23,390 bases of DNA from an uncultured Dehalococcoidia bacterium (GCA_950072105.1 CATMOE010000055.1:1-23390); one strand, 5' to 3'; shown: positions 7,058 through 16,241, numbered from the stretch's first letter. Notes: generated by a model not told the origin, from the letters alone. Numbers and translations are program-made.

Positions 7058-8227
7058 CTAACCCCAAAGCTCTTTGGATGCCAGGGCCGCGCCTTCGGTC
7101 ATGGCCTGGAATTTGGCCCAAACGACCGTGGGATGGATTTCCGTTTCCGTGGTGGCCTGAGATGAGAACCCGCAGTCGCTCCCGGCGATGACATTTTCCC
7201 GCCCCACCACTCCGGCGAACCGGACCAGCCTTTCTGCGATGGCTTCCGGGTGTTCCACCAGATTGGTGGTGTGGGAGATGACGCCGGGAATGAGAATCTT
7301 CCCTTCCGGCAGCTTGGCCGTCTGCCACACCTTCCACTCATGCTCGTGCCTTGGGTTGGCCGCCTCGAAGGAGTAAGCCCCGGCGTTGATGCGCAGCAGA
7401 ATGTCCACGATATCCTTCAGCTCCATGTCGTGGACCCGGGGGCCGATGTTGATGCCGTAACAGGTATGGAAACGCACCCGCTCGGGCGGGATGTCCCTCA
7501 GGGCATAGTTCAGCGCTTCAACCCGCATCTCGGCCCACTTGCGGCACTCCGCGATGGTCAAGTCAGGACGGGAGACGTAGAAAGTAACAAGCCTGGGATC
7601 GTCTATCTGGAGCAGGAATCCGGCGTCGAGGATGGCGTGGTATTCCTCGCGCATGGCGTCGGCGATGGCGTGGAGGTAAGCCTCATCGGACGGATAGTAT
7701 TCGTTCCGGCGCTGGGCTTCTACGTTGGTGGCAGAGGATGACGGGACGAACACCTCTTCGGGATTGATCCCCTGTAGAGCCGCCTTGAGGTTGTCCAGGT
7801 CCGTCTTGATCTGTTCATGTCCCCGGTAGGTGACCGGCCCGGTGCACACCATACCGAAGGGGGCGGAGACGTTGGGGCTGCGTCCCCGGGCGTAGAGCTC
7901 GTAGTATTCGGGAAAGCTTTGCACCTCTCGAGAGCCTTCCCACGGGCCCGCCCGCTGGGGCGCGTCCAAAGGCTCAAAGCCGGTGAGGCGGTCGCTAACG
8001 TAGGTGAAAAAACCCGGCTTACTTTGCTCCCCGTCGCACAGGATGTCGACGCCTGTTTCCGCCTGACGCCGCACGATGTCGGAGACGGCGGACCGCACCG
8101 TGGCCGCGTAGGCATCCCGGTCGTAGGGCTGCCCTGCTTCCTTGGCCGCCATCATTTCCAGCAAGCCCGCCGGACGGGCCAGGCTTCCGGTGTGGGTGGT
8201 GAGTATCCGATCAGTGCTGCGCTTCAT
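7058..8227 (-). CDS. Cobalamin-independent methionine synthase II / epoxyalkane:CoM transferase-like Zn protein (MetE C-terminal domain only)
   Basis: Motifs TTHTGSL.RP, DGEQSK and LQIDDP. Zn ligands H-x-C (FHTCYG), E (FEAAN) and C (SDCGF). Confidence 0.9.
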   Translation of the reverse strand: MKRSTDRILTTHTGSLARPAGLLEMMAAKEAGQPYDRDAYAATVRSAVSDIVRRQAETGVDILCDGEQSKPGFFTYVSDRLTGFEPLDAPQRAGPWEGSREVQSFPEYYELYARGRSPNVSAPFGMVCTGPVTYRGHEQIKTDLDNLKAALQGINPEEVFVPSSSATNVEAQRRNEYYPSDEAYLHAIADAMREEYHAILDAGFLLQIDDPRLVTFYVSRPDLTIAECRKWAEMRVEALNYALRDIPPERVRFHTCYGINIGPRVHDMELKDIVDILLRINAGAYSFEAANPRHEHEWKVWQTAKLPEGKILIPGVISHTTNLVEHPEAIAERLVRFAGVVGRENVIAGSDCGFSSQATTETEIHPTVVWAKFQAMTEGAALASKELWG

Positions 8228-8280
8228 CTGTTTCTCCCAGTCCTGGTTGCTACTTGGAATCTATCCGAACATCAATCACA

Positions 8281-8298
8281 GTGGTTCGACAAGCTCAC
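8281..8298. repeat. Single copy of the TTCGACAAGCTCA REP-like element
   Basis: GTGGTTCGACAAGCTCAC matches the left arm of the element at 2285 (GTGGTTCGACtAGCTCgac). Confidence 0.55.
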
Positions 8299-8316
8299 AT
8301 ATTCGGGGCATGATTC

Positions 8317-9468
8317 CTACTGATTCTGCCACAATTCCCGGGTTGCCAGTTTGGCCCCTTCCGCCAGAGTACGAAACTTGGCCCACATTACAGCCTGATC
8401 TACCCTTGGTACTCCGGCGGAGGTGCTGAAGCCGCAATCCGTTCCGGCGATCACGTTTTCCTTTCCTACCAAGTTGGCTAGGCGAACGATACGTTGGGCG
8501 ACGAGTTCGGGGTGCTCGACAAAATGGGTGGTCGAATCGATCACTCCTGGGATGAGCACCTTTCCATCAGGAAGCTTTACTTGTTCCCAGACGCGCCACT
8601 CATGTTCGTGGCGGGGATTCGCCGCTTCCACCGAGTAGGCTCCGGCGTTCACCTGTAGCACCAGGTCCACGATTTCTCGCAGCGGGACGTCGTGATGGTG
8701 GGGCCCTTCGTAGTTGCCCCAGCACAGATGGAACCTGATCTGTTCCTGCGGTATGCCTTCCAGGGCATGGTTGAGCGCTTCGATCCGCTGGGCGAGTGCT
8801 GAACGAAACTCCGCCAAGGTTTGGAAGCCGAACTGGGAATGCCGCCCCATGGCCGCGTCGGGAGCGTCGATCTGGAGAACCAAGCCGGCTTGAGCGATGG
8901 CCTGGTACTCCTCTTTCATCACGTCGGCCAGGGCGTAGAGATAAGCTTCCTCGCTGGGGTAATACCGGTTGTGCATGATCTCTGAGATGATGCCCAGGGA
9001 GGCGGACGGTATGAAGGCGTCTTCATGGTCTGCGCCGTCCAAGGCGGCTTTGAAGTTGTCTATGTCATTCTGGACCGCGGCCTTGTCAGTCCATGATAGG
9101 GGCCCGGTGCACATCGGTCTGACTGACAGGGCAGTGCTGATGGGGGATGACCGGGCATTCCACTCGGGGAACTCAGCCCGGTCGGTGAAGATACGCGGCT
9201 CCGGGTTCTGGCTGTCGAAGCCGGCGATCCGGTTTTTCACGTAGCTGGCGAAGCTGGGTTTTCCCATCTCACCGTCGGAGACAACGTCGATGCCAGCCTC
9301 TATCTGCTGGGCGACGGTCTCGGCGACGGCGGCCTTCACTCGAAGGTTGAATGATGCATCGTCCGAGGTCTCGCGATTCTCCCTGGCCTGTATCATTTCC
9401 ACCAGGTCCGCCGGGCGGGGCAGGCTGCCGGTATGGGTGGTTAGGATGCGCTCATTGCTACGCTTCAT
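8317..9468 (-). CDS. Cobalamin-independent methionine synthase II / EaCoMT-like Zn protein
   Basis: Motifs TTHTGSLPRP and DGEMGK. Zn ligands FHLCWG, VEAAN and TDCGF. Confidence 0.9.
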   Translation of the reverse strand: MKRSNERILTTHTGSLPRPADLVEMIQARENRETSDDASFNLRVKAAVAETVAQQIEAGIDVVSDGEMGKPSFASYVKNRIAGFDSQNPEPRIFTDRAEFPEWNARSSPISTALSVRPMCTGPLSWTDKAAVQNDIDNFKAALDGADHEDAFIPSASLGIISEIMHNRYYPSEEAYLYALADVMKEEYQAIAQAGLVLQIDAPDAAMGRHSQFGFQTLAEFRSALAQRIEALNHALEGIPQEQIRFHLCWGNYEGPHHHDVPLREIVDLVLQVNAGAYSVEAANPRHEHEWRVWEQVKLPDGKVLIPGVIDSTTHFVEHPELVAQRIVRLANLVGKENVIAGTDCGFSTSAGVPRVDQAVMWAKFRTLAEGAKLATRELWQNQ

Positions 9469-9556
9469 TATTCATCCCTGATTCATACCTGGGCTTGCAA
9501 GGCCGGCTACGCTCGCGGCGAGACTGGGCGGTAGCTGCTGGAACCGTGGTTGGGGA

Positions 9557-9565
9557 ATTGTATCA
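9557..9565 (-). promoter_or_regulatory. Putative extended -10 (TGaTACAAT) for the leftward MetE-like pair
   Basis: Reverse complement of ATTGTATCA, about 90 nt upstream of the ATG at 9468. Confidence 0.4.
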
Positions 9566-9584
9566 CGGTGCCTTGGAACGGTCG

Positions 9585-9613
9585 TTGACAGCGAAATTGG
9601 GTGAACATAACAT
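9585..9613 (+). promoter_or_regulatory. Sigma70-type promoter for the rightward MetE-like operon
   Basis: TTGACA-N17-TAACAT. The -10 lies inside the inverted repeat TGAAC-N9-GTTCA (9602-9620). Confidence 0.55.
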
Positions 9614-9656
9614 AGGTTCATCTATCACTCCACGCATGAATACCGGAGAATTGGAT

Positions 9657-10694
9657 ATGGCGGAAGGCGATCTGCTCACCACGGTGGTGGGCAGCTATCC
9701 CCAACCGGATTGGCTCATCGACCGTGAAGCCCTCATGTCGTCCAGAGTGCCCAGGGTTCGCTATCAAGGGCTTTGGCGCATCCCGGAACGATTCCTGGCC
9801 GAGGCTCAGGACGACGCTACGATACTGGCCATCCGGGACATGGAGCGGGCCGGGGTGGACATCATCAGCGACGGGGAGATCCGCCGGGAGAGCTATTCCA
9901 ACCGTTTCGCCACGGCGCTGGAGGGCATCGACATAGAGCGGCCAGGGGAGATAGCCGGCAGTGGTGGTCAGACTACCTTGGTGCCCCGGGTCGTGGGGCC
10001 GATCCGCCGGTCAGGGCCGGTGCAGGTGGGCGACTTGGAGTTTCTGCGCAAGAATACCGCGTGCCGCATCAAAGTGACGGTACCCGGTCCATTCACCATG
10101 GCCCAGCAGGCCCAGAACGACTATTATCCCGACCGGGAAAGCCTGGCCATGGACTACGCCGCCTGCGTCAATCAGGAAGTCATAGAGCTATTCCAAGCGG
10201 GGGCCGACGTGGTGCAATTGGACGAACCCTGGCTGCGGAACAATCCCACCGGGGCCAGGGAGTACGCGGTCAAGGCCATCGACAAAGCATTGGAAGGCGT
10301 TGATGGCGTCACCGCTCTGCATCTGTGCTTCGGTTACGCTGCCGTGGTTAGCGACAAACCTGGCGCCTACGACTTCTTGACGGAGTTGGCGGATTCGTCG
10401 GTGCGGCAGATATCCATCGAGTCGGCCCAGACCAAGTTGGAGCTATCCGTGCTACAAGCATTTACTGACAAGACGATCATATTGGGGGTGCTGGACCTGG
10501 GCGACCAGGGCGTTGAATCGCCGGAAACGGTCGCCGGAATCATCCGCGAAGCCCTGCGCTACGTCCCCCCAGAACGGCTTCAGGTTGCTCCGGACTGCGG
10601 CATGAAGTACCTGCCCAGAGAAACCGCGTTCAGGAAGCTGCAAGTAATGACCTTGGGCGCCGGGATAGTGAGAGATGCATTGGGCTTGCATTGA
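9657..10694 (+). CDS. Short (core) cobalamin-independent methionine synthase-like Zn protein
   Basis: The real start is probably ATG 9657 (RBS GGAG at 9645; MAEGDLLTTVVGSYPQPDW), not 9351. Motifs DGEIRRESY, PGPFTM and QLDEP. Zn ligands LHLCFG, IESA and PDCGM. Confidence 0.88.
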   Translation: MAEGDLLTTVVGSYPQPDWLIDREALMSSRVPRVRYQGLWRIPERFLAEAQDDATILAIRDMERAGVDIISDGEIRRESYSNRFATALEGIDIERPGEIAGSGGQTTLVPRVVGPIRRSGPVQVGDLEFLRKNTACRIKVTVPGPFTMAQQAQNDYYPDRESLAMDYAACVNQEVIELFQAGADVVQLDEPWLRNNPTGAREYAVKAIDKALEGVDGVTALHLCFGYAAVVSDKPGAYDFLTELADSSVRQISIESAQTKLELSVLQAFTDKTIILGVLDLGDQGVESPETVAGIIREALRYVPPERLQVAPDCGMKYLPRETAFRKLQVMTLGAGIVRDALGLH

Positions 10695-10745
10695 CCGGTG
10701 CGGCCAGCATAAGATCAGCCGCGATTTGCGTCAGGAGGACCAGGC

Positions 10746-11855
10746 ATGCCCGGAACTTATCGTGCGGATCACGTCGGAAGCTTTCTACGCCCGGACGAGG
10801 TTAAGGCGGCCCGGGCGTCCTTCAACGATGGAAATCTAACCCCGGAAAGGCTTAAAGAAGTAGAGGACCGTGCTGTTTTGGCTGCCCTGGAGCGGCAAAA
10901 GAGCATTGGGGTAGACATCTTCACCGACGGTGAGTTCCGGCGCACCGGCTTTCAGAACGACATGGTGGAAGTAGTGGACGGGTTTGTGTCCACCGGCTCT
11001 CCCGCCGTTGTTCGGATCTGGCAGGGGCCCGGCGGAAAACCTCAGGAGCAGGGTACCCGGCAGGTCGTGGGGGCCAAACTACGGCAGACGCGGCGATTGA
11101 CCGGCAATCAGACACCCTTCGTGATGGCTAACGCCCCAGGTCCGGTAAAAGTGACGGTGCCCAGCCCCAGTCAATTCCCGGCCATCAGCTTCCAAGCCGG
11201 CATCACCGACCAGTTCTACCCAACCCGGACCGATCTGCTGGCGGAACTGGCTTCGATCATCAGGTCGGAAGTCGCCGCTTTAGCCGCCGACGGCGTGGCC
11301 TACATCCAACTCGACGCTCCCCGGTACAGCTACTACGTGGATGCCAAGTGGCGCGAGCATCTACGGGGATTGGGCGAAGACCCTGACAAGATGTTCGACG
11401 AGGCCGTGGCCGCCGATAACCACTGCGTGGAAGGGATCGGGAAAGATGGGCTGACGGTGGCACTGCACATCTGCCGGGGCAATAACGAGAGCAAATGGTA
11501 TGCCGAGGGCGGGTACGAGCCCATCGCCGAAAAGCTGTTCGGCACCCTCAATGTCGATCGGTTTCTGTTGGAATATGACACGGACCGGGCGGGGACTTTC
11601 GAACCCCTACGATTCGTCCCGCCGGGCAAAGATGTTGTCCTGGGCTTGATCAGCACGAAGTTACCCCAGCCCGAATCCGAAGATGATTTGCTCCGCCGCA
11701 TCGAGGAAGCGTCCCGATACGTCCCCATGGAGAACCTATCCCTCAGTCCCCAATGCGGATTCGCCTCCACGGCCGCGGGCAACCTCCTCACCGAGGACGA
11801 GCAGTGGCGGAAGCTGGAATTGGTGGTGGAAACGGCGCGGAAGGCCTGGGGGTGA
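10746..11855 (+). CDS. MetE C-terminal-domain protein, YxjG/YxjH-like subfamily
   Basis: Motifs RADHVGSFLRP, TDGEFRR and PSP. Zn ligands LHICRGN, LEYD and LSPQCGFAS, plus QWRKL. RBS AGGAGG. Confidence 0.9.
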   Translation: MPGTYRADHVGSFLRPDEVKAARASFNDGNLTPERLKEVEDRAVLAALERQKSIGVDIFTDGEFRRTGFQNDMVEVVDGFVSTGSPAVVRIWQGPGGKPQEQGTRQVVGAKLRQTRRLTGNQTPFVMANAPGPVKVTVPSPSQFPAISFQAGITDQFYPTRTDLLAELASIIRSEVAALAADGVAYIQLDAPRYSYYVDAKWREHLRGLGEDPDKMFDEAVAADNHCVEGIGKDGLTVALHICRGNNESKWYAEGGYEPIAEKLFGTLNVDRFLLEYDTDRAGTFEPLRFVPPGKDVVLGLISTKLPQPESEDDLLRRIEEASRYVPMENLSLSPQCGFASTAAGNLLTEDEQWRKLELVVETARKAWG

Positions 11856-11891
11856 GGGGACAGCGAAACACATTAAAACTGAGGAGAAGAT

Positions 11892-12221
11892 ATGAGTATC
11901 CATAGAATGTATACCGGTGACGACGGTCAGAGCCACATCGAAGAATTGCTGCCCGACGACCCCAAGTTGGAATCCTTGGGAAGAGTGTCCGGTTGCTCTC
12001 TCCAGATAACCGAAGCCGGCGAGTTTTCGGATTTCCATCCGGCTCCCCGCCGCCGTTGGTTGACCATCTTGAGCGGCCAGATCGACATCGAGCTTGCCGA
12101 CGGTAGCGTCCACAGCTTTGGACCCGAGTCGTTGCGCCTCTGGGAAGACCTGACAGGCAAGGGACACCGGACCAGGTTTCCTGTTCCCACCGTGACTGTG
12201 GCGATGCCGGTGCCGGATTAA
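11892..12221 (+). CDS. Small cupin-fold protein
   Basis: RMYTGDDGQSH, FHPAPRRRW...LSG.....ADG....FGP......EDLTGKGH is typical of a small cupin family. RBS GAGGAG. Confidence 0.75.
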   Translation: MSIHRMYTGDDGQSHIEELLPDDPKLESLGRVSGCSLQITEAGEFSDFHPAPRRRWLTILSGQIDIELADGSVHSFGPESLRLWEDLTGKGHRTRFPVPTVTVAMPVPD

Positions 12222-12284
12222 GTTAACTGCAGGGCGGGTCTGGCGGCTGACTTTGGGTCTAAATCTAGGGAGAAAGGGTTAAGG

Positions 12285-13433
12285 ATGAAACAGAGCACAT
12301 CCAAGATACTCACCACCCATACGGGCAGCCTGCCCAGGAGCGGCAGCGTCGCGGATCTGCTGGAAACCAGAGATAGCCAGGGCCTAGTGGATCCGCAGGT
12401 CTTCGAATCCGGAGCGGACGAAGCGGTGACCGAAGTCGTGAACCGGCAGGTAGCCATCGGCCTGGATGTTATCAACGACGGGGAGCAGAGCAAGCCTAGC
12501 TACGCCACCTACGTCAAAGACCGCTTCACCGGGTTTTCGGGCCAAGTGTCCGAGCCGCCGCGGGTACGGCTGGATGATGTTGATTTTCCGGAATGGGCGG
12601 CCAATTACGTTGGCCCCTCCTCCACCGTCGTCCACCGGCCGGCTTGCAATGGGCCCATTGCCTGGAGCGATTGGCCCGCCGTGGAACGGGACCTGGACCG
12701 GCTGAAGAAGGCCACTCAGGGTACTGAGGAGCAGGAAGTCTTCATGACAGCCGCCTCGCCCGGGGTGATCGCCAGGTTCCTTCCCAACCAGTTCTACGAC
12801 AGCGAAGAGGCCTATCTTTACGCCCTGGCCGACGTCATGAAGGACGAATACAACGCCGTGGTGAACGCCGGATTTGTGCTCCAGATCGACTGCCCGGACC
12901 TGGCCTCCAGCCGGAACACCCAGTTCGGTCACCTGACCATCGACGAGTTCAAAAAGATCGTGGAGCTGCACGTGGAGGTACTGAACCATGCCCTCGCGGG
13001 TCTGCCGCCGGAGCGGCTTCGGATGCACCTGTGCTGGGGCAACTTCGAAGGGCCCCATGTCCATGACGTGCCCTTCAGGGATATCGTTGACATCGTTCTC
13101 AAGGCCCGACCCGCCGGCCTATCCTTTGAGGGAGCCAACCCACGTCACGAACACGAGTGGAAGATTTGGCAAGAGGTGAAACTGCCTGACGGCAAGGTGC
13201 TCATTCCAGGGGTATTGGACTCGACCACCAACTTTATCGAGCATCCGGAGTTGGTTGCCGACAGGATAGCTCGCTATGCCGAAACCGTGGGCCGGGAGAA
13301 TGTTATCGCCGGGTCGGACTGCGGCTACGGGACGTTTATCCTCTCGCGGAGGGTCGACGCTAACATCGCTTGGGCCAAGCTCCAGGCACTGGTGGAAGGC
13401 GCCAAGCTGGCAACTAGCCGGTTATTTCCCTAA
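12285..13433 (+). CDS. Cobalamin-independent methionine synthase II / EaCoMT-like Zn protein
   Basis: Motifs TTHTGSLPR and DGEQSK. Zn ligands MHLCWG, FEGAN and SDCGY. It is highly similar to 8317-9468. Confidence 0.9.
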   Translation: MKQSTSKILTTHTGSLPRSGSVADLLETRDSQGLVDPQVFESGADEAVTEVVNRQVAIGLDVINDGEQSKPSYATYVKDRFTGFSGQVSEPPRVRLDDVDFPEWAANYVGPSSTVVHRPACNGPIAWSDWPAVERDLDRLKKATQGTEEQEVFMTAASPGVIARFLPNQFYDSEEAYLYALADVMKDEYNAVVNAGFVLQIDCPDLASSRNTQFGHLTIDEFKKIVELHVEVLNHALAGLPPERLRMHLCWGNFEGPHVHDVPFRDIVDIVLKARPAGLSFEGANPRHEHEWKIWQEVKLPDGKVLIPGVLDSTTNFIEHPELVADRIARYAETVGRENVIAGSDCGYGTFILSRRVDANIAWAKLQALVEGAKLATSRLFP

Positions 13434-13478
13434 TGATTGCTCCGAAAATAGAATTGCCAACCTACGGCCGCAATCTCG

Positions 13479-13574
13479 GTCATTCCGACACCAGCCCATC
13501 GGCGGAAGGGCGGCGAGGAATCTCAAGTGACCGCTACAACCAGGCATGAGATTCGAGGCTAGGCTCGCAGTGAT
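13479..13574. repeat. Degenerate GTCATTCCGA...GAGGAATCTC / GAGATTC...GCTCG..TGA REP-like element
   Basis: Complementary arms GAATCTC (13518-13524) and GAGATTC (13548-13554), with outer GTCATT.CGA and TCGCAGTGAT. This resembles the widespread GTCATTCxGAGCG..AGCGAxGAATCT palindromic repeat family. Confidence 0.45.
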
Positions 13575-13649
13575 ACGAATCGCCCATTTTCGTGGTCTGT
13601 GTGCTGGCGTCAACTAGCATGAATGATTCCGAGTGTGACTGGGATACCG

Positions 13650-13678
13650 TTGAATTGATTTAGGGTTGCGATTATAAT
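13650..13678 (+). promoter_or_regulatory. Near-consensus sigma70 promoter for the DUF1800 operon
   Basis: TTGAAT-N17-TATAAT in an AT-rich tract. Confidence 0.65.
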
Positions 13679-13751
13679 TCTTACCAAATAAAGATTTGCA
13701 CCTAATGCGGTTAGCGCTTAGAAACTTCATCCGCAGGAAAGGAGTCTCTTA

Positions 13752-15149
13752 ATGGCAAATACAAAAGATCTAGCGATGATTGCTCACCTGCTGCGCCGGG
13801 CTGGATTTGGCGCGACGCGGGACGAGTTGGAGCGATACGCGGAGCAAGGCTACGATGCCACCGTGGAGGAGCTTATCAACCCTCCCGCAGATAAGTCTGC
13901 CGGAAAGACCGCGCTGCTCGTTCGCTATAACCCCAGTTGTCTGCTGCCTGGGGGAGTCACGGTTCCAGGCCAGTACAACTGGATGTACCACATGATAACC
14001 ACTCAGCGGCCGCTGGAAGAGAAGATGTCCCTGTTCTGGCACCATGTTTTCGCCACCGCCAACTCCAAGCTGGACGGCGCCGACCAACTGGTTGAGCAGA
14101 TCGTTTTGTTCCGGAAGATAGGCATGGGCAGCTACCGGGACATCTTGCTAGAAGTGTCCAAAGACCCCACCATGATCTTCTGGCTGGACAATAACGAGAA
14201 TCACCGGTACGCCGTCAATGAGAACTGGGGCCGGGAGCTTTTAGAGCTGTTCTCCATGGGCGTCAGCAACTACACCGAAGTTGACGTCAGAGAGGCATCC
14301 CGGGCCTTCACCGGCTGGAATATCGAGCCAAGGCTGCCTCGCCAGCCTTACTGGCGCTTCCCTTGGAAGTTCGAGTACCGGGCCGAGGACCATGATGATG
14401 GAGAAAAGACCTTCCTGGGCCGCACCGGTAACTTCAACGGCGAGGACATCATCAACATCATTCTGGAAGAGCCCGCCACGGCTCGGTTCATCTGCCGCCA
14501 CCTGTACAACTTCTTTGTCGCCGACGACGTACAGGTACCCGCATGGACCATCGAGCCCGCCCGTGATGAGGATGCTCTCGAGATGATGATTAACTCGTTC
14601 GTTGAGTCGGGCTACGAGATGAAGGCCGTACTTCGCACCATCTTCACCTCCGACTTCTTCAAGAACGCCCAGTTCGCCAAGATCAAGAGCCCGGCCGAAG
14701 TGGTTGCCGGGACTCTACGTCTTACCGAATCCAACATGTTCCCCGGCCCGGACCTGCCGGACATCGGGCCTCAAGCCGCCTACATGGGCCAGGACCTACT
14801 GAACCCGCCCAGCGTGGAGGGTTGGTACACCGGCCAAGAGTGGATCAACAGCGGCTCGCTGCTGGCCAGGATCAACTTCGTGGCCGACCATGTCGCCGAC
14901 ACCAGCTTGCCCGGCGTGCAGAACATCATCGAGTACATGAAGTCCGACGGTGTGACCACGCCGGACGACTTCGTGAGCTCGGCATTGACCCACATGGGTT
15001 ATCTGGAAGTGGCGGCGGAAACCCGCCAGCAACTTCTGGACTACGCCCAGGCCGAGGGTAACTTGGACTGGAACGACGAAAAAGTGGGTTCCCGCGTCGG
15101 CGAGATGCTGGCGCTGGTGGGAGCGACCACCGAGTACCAGTTTGGCTGA
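13752..15149 (+). CDS. DUF1800 family protein
   Basis: Motifs HLLRRAGFG, PLEEKMSLFWHHVFAT, M..WLDN, NENWGRELLELFSMG, YTE.DV.E.SRAFTGW, HD.GEKTFLG, KSPAE and PPSVEGW. RBS AAGGAG. Confidence 0.92.
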   Translation: MANTKDLAMIAHLLRRAGFGATRDELERYAEQGYDATVEELINPPADKSAGKTALLVRYNPSCLLPGGVTVPGQYNWMYHMITTQRPLEEKMSLFWHHVFATANSKLDGADQLVEQIVLFRKIGMGSYRDILLEVSKDPTMIFWLDNNENHRYAVNENWGRELLELFSMGVSNYTEVDVREASRAFTGWNIEPRLPRQPYWRFPWKFEYRAEDHDDGEKTFLGRTGNFNGEDIINIILEEPATARFICRHLYNFFVADDVQVPAWTIEPARDEDALEMMINSFVESGYEMKAVLRTIFTSDFFKNAQFAKIKSPAEVVAGTLRLTESNMFPGPDLPDIGPQAAYMGQDLLNPPSVEGWYTGQEWINSGSLLARINFVADHVADTSLPGVQNIIEYMKSDGVTTPDDFVSSALTHMGYLEVAAETRQQLLDYAQAEGNLDWNDEKVGSRVGEMLALVGATTEYQFG

Positions 15150-15197
15150 TAGCCTTTGGACTGAGATTGACGGCCAAAAATTTGAGGAGAACGAAAT

Positions 15198-16241
15198 ATG
15201 CCACTCGACACGATAGCTGCCGGGCGTGCCTGGACATATAGCCACAATATTGGACGCAGGGCCACCGCCGGCATGGGCTTCAATTGGCCCATAGCGATGG
15301 CCGTGGGGAAAGACGGCGTAATGTTCGTGGCTAACCGCACTCCCCATATCAGTAAATTTACTATCGACCAGGAGTTCATCCACGAATTCGGACGTACCGG
15401 AGAGTTTGAGTTCCTTTCCGGGTTGGCATTGGACAAAGACCAGAATCTTTACGCTTCCGACGAATGGCGAAACCGGATCACTGTTTTTGACAACGACGGC
15501 AACGTTCTGCGTACCTGGGGCGAGGAAGGCGAGGGTCCCGGGCAACTGAACGGCTCCACCGGTTTGACCTTCGATGCAGACGATAACCTGTGGGTGGTCA
15601 ATGGGCTGAACAGCCGCATCCAGAAGTTCAGCAAGGACGGCGAGTTCATCAGCGGATTTGGCGTCAAAGGAGACGGCCCCGGCGAACTGGACATGCCCTG
15701 GGGAATAACCGTCGACAACAACGGCGATGTCTACGTCGCCGACTGGAACAACCATCGGGTGCAAAAATTCAGTCCGGATGGAACCCATCTGCTTACATTC
15801 GGTTCAGGCCGGACCACGGGCGTGGCCAACGACGGCAGCACTCCATACATGCATGCCTTGGTCCATGACATCGGCGTCCCTCCCAACGACCTGAATCACC
15901 CCGCAGACGTGGCGGTGGACGGTGACGGAGACGTCTACGTGGCCGACTGGATGAACGAAAGGGTTGTCATCTTCGACGCCGAAGGCAAGACCCTGGCCAC
16001 ATTGCGAGGGGACGCCCACGAGATCTCCAAGTGGGCCGCCATGGGGTTGGACGCCAACCCGGACATGCGCCGGCGGCACCGTCTGGCCAAGAACCCGGAG
16101 GTGAAGCAGTACTTCCGTATGCCCAGTTACTGCGCCTTCGATCAAGAGAACAACCGTCTACTGGTTTGCGACACCATGCGGCACCGCATCCAGATCTACC
16201 AGAAGGTAGACGGCTACCAGGACCCTCAATTCAATCTATAA
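15198..16241 (+). CDS. NHL-repeat beta-propeller protein
   Basis: Repeated blades: F/LNxPxGxAVDxDGNxYVADWxNxRxQKF (e.g. LDMPWGITVDNNGDVYVADWNNHRVQKF, LNHPADVAVDGDGDVYVADWMNERV). No signal peptide. Confidence 0.9.
   Translation: MPLDTIAAGRAWTYSHNIGRRATAGMGFNWPIAMAVGKDGVMFVANRTPHISKFTIDQEFIHEFGRTGEFEFLSGLALDKDQNLYASDEWRNRITVFDNDGNVLRTWGEEGEGPGQLNGSTGLTFDADDNLWVVNGLNSRIQKFSKDGEFISGFGVKGDGPGELDMPWGITVDNNGDVYVADWNNHRVQKFSPDGTHLLTFGSGRTTGVANDGSTPYMHALVHDIGVPPNDLNHPADVAVDGDGDVYVADWMNERVVIFDAEGKTLATLRGDAHEISKWAAMGLDANPDMRRRHRLAKNPEVKQYFRMPSYCAFDQENNRLLVCDTMRHRIQIYQKVDGYQDPQFNL

Noticed and set aside
9469..9545. Riboswitch in the leader of the leftward MetE-like genes (small hairpins GCTAC...GTAGC, CTCG...CGAG)
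   Set aside because: No recognisable SAM, SAH or cobalamin riboswitch core; short stems are expected by chance at this GC content.
9351..9656. N-terminal extension of the 447-aa ORF
   Set aside because: It overlaps the opposite-strand gene and the divergent promoter; family similarity and the RBS begin at ATG 9657.
2418..13433. A single pathway from formyl-THF to methyl-THF to the MetE-like enzymes
   Set aside because: No folD or metF in the window, the blocks are separated by unrelated genes and promoters, and single-barrel MetE-like proteins generally do not use methyl-THF.
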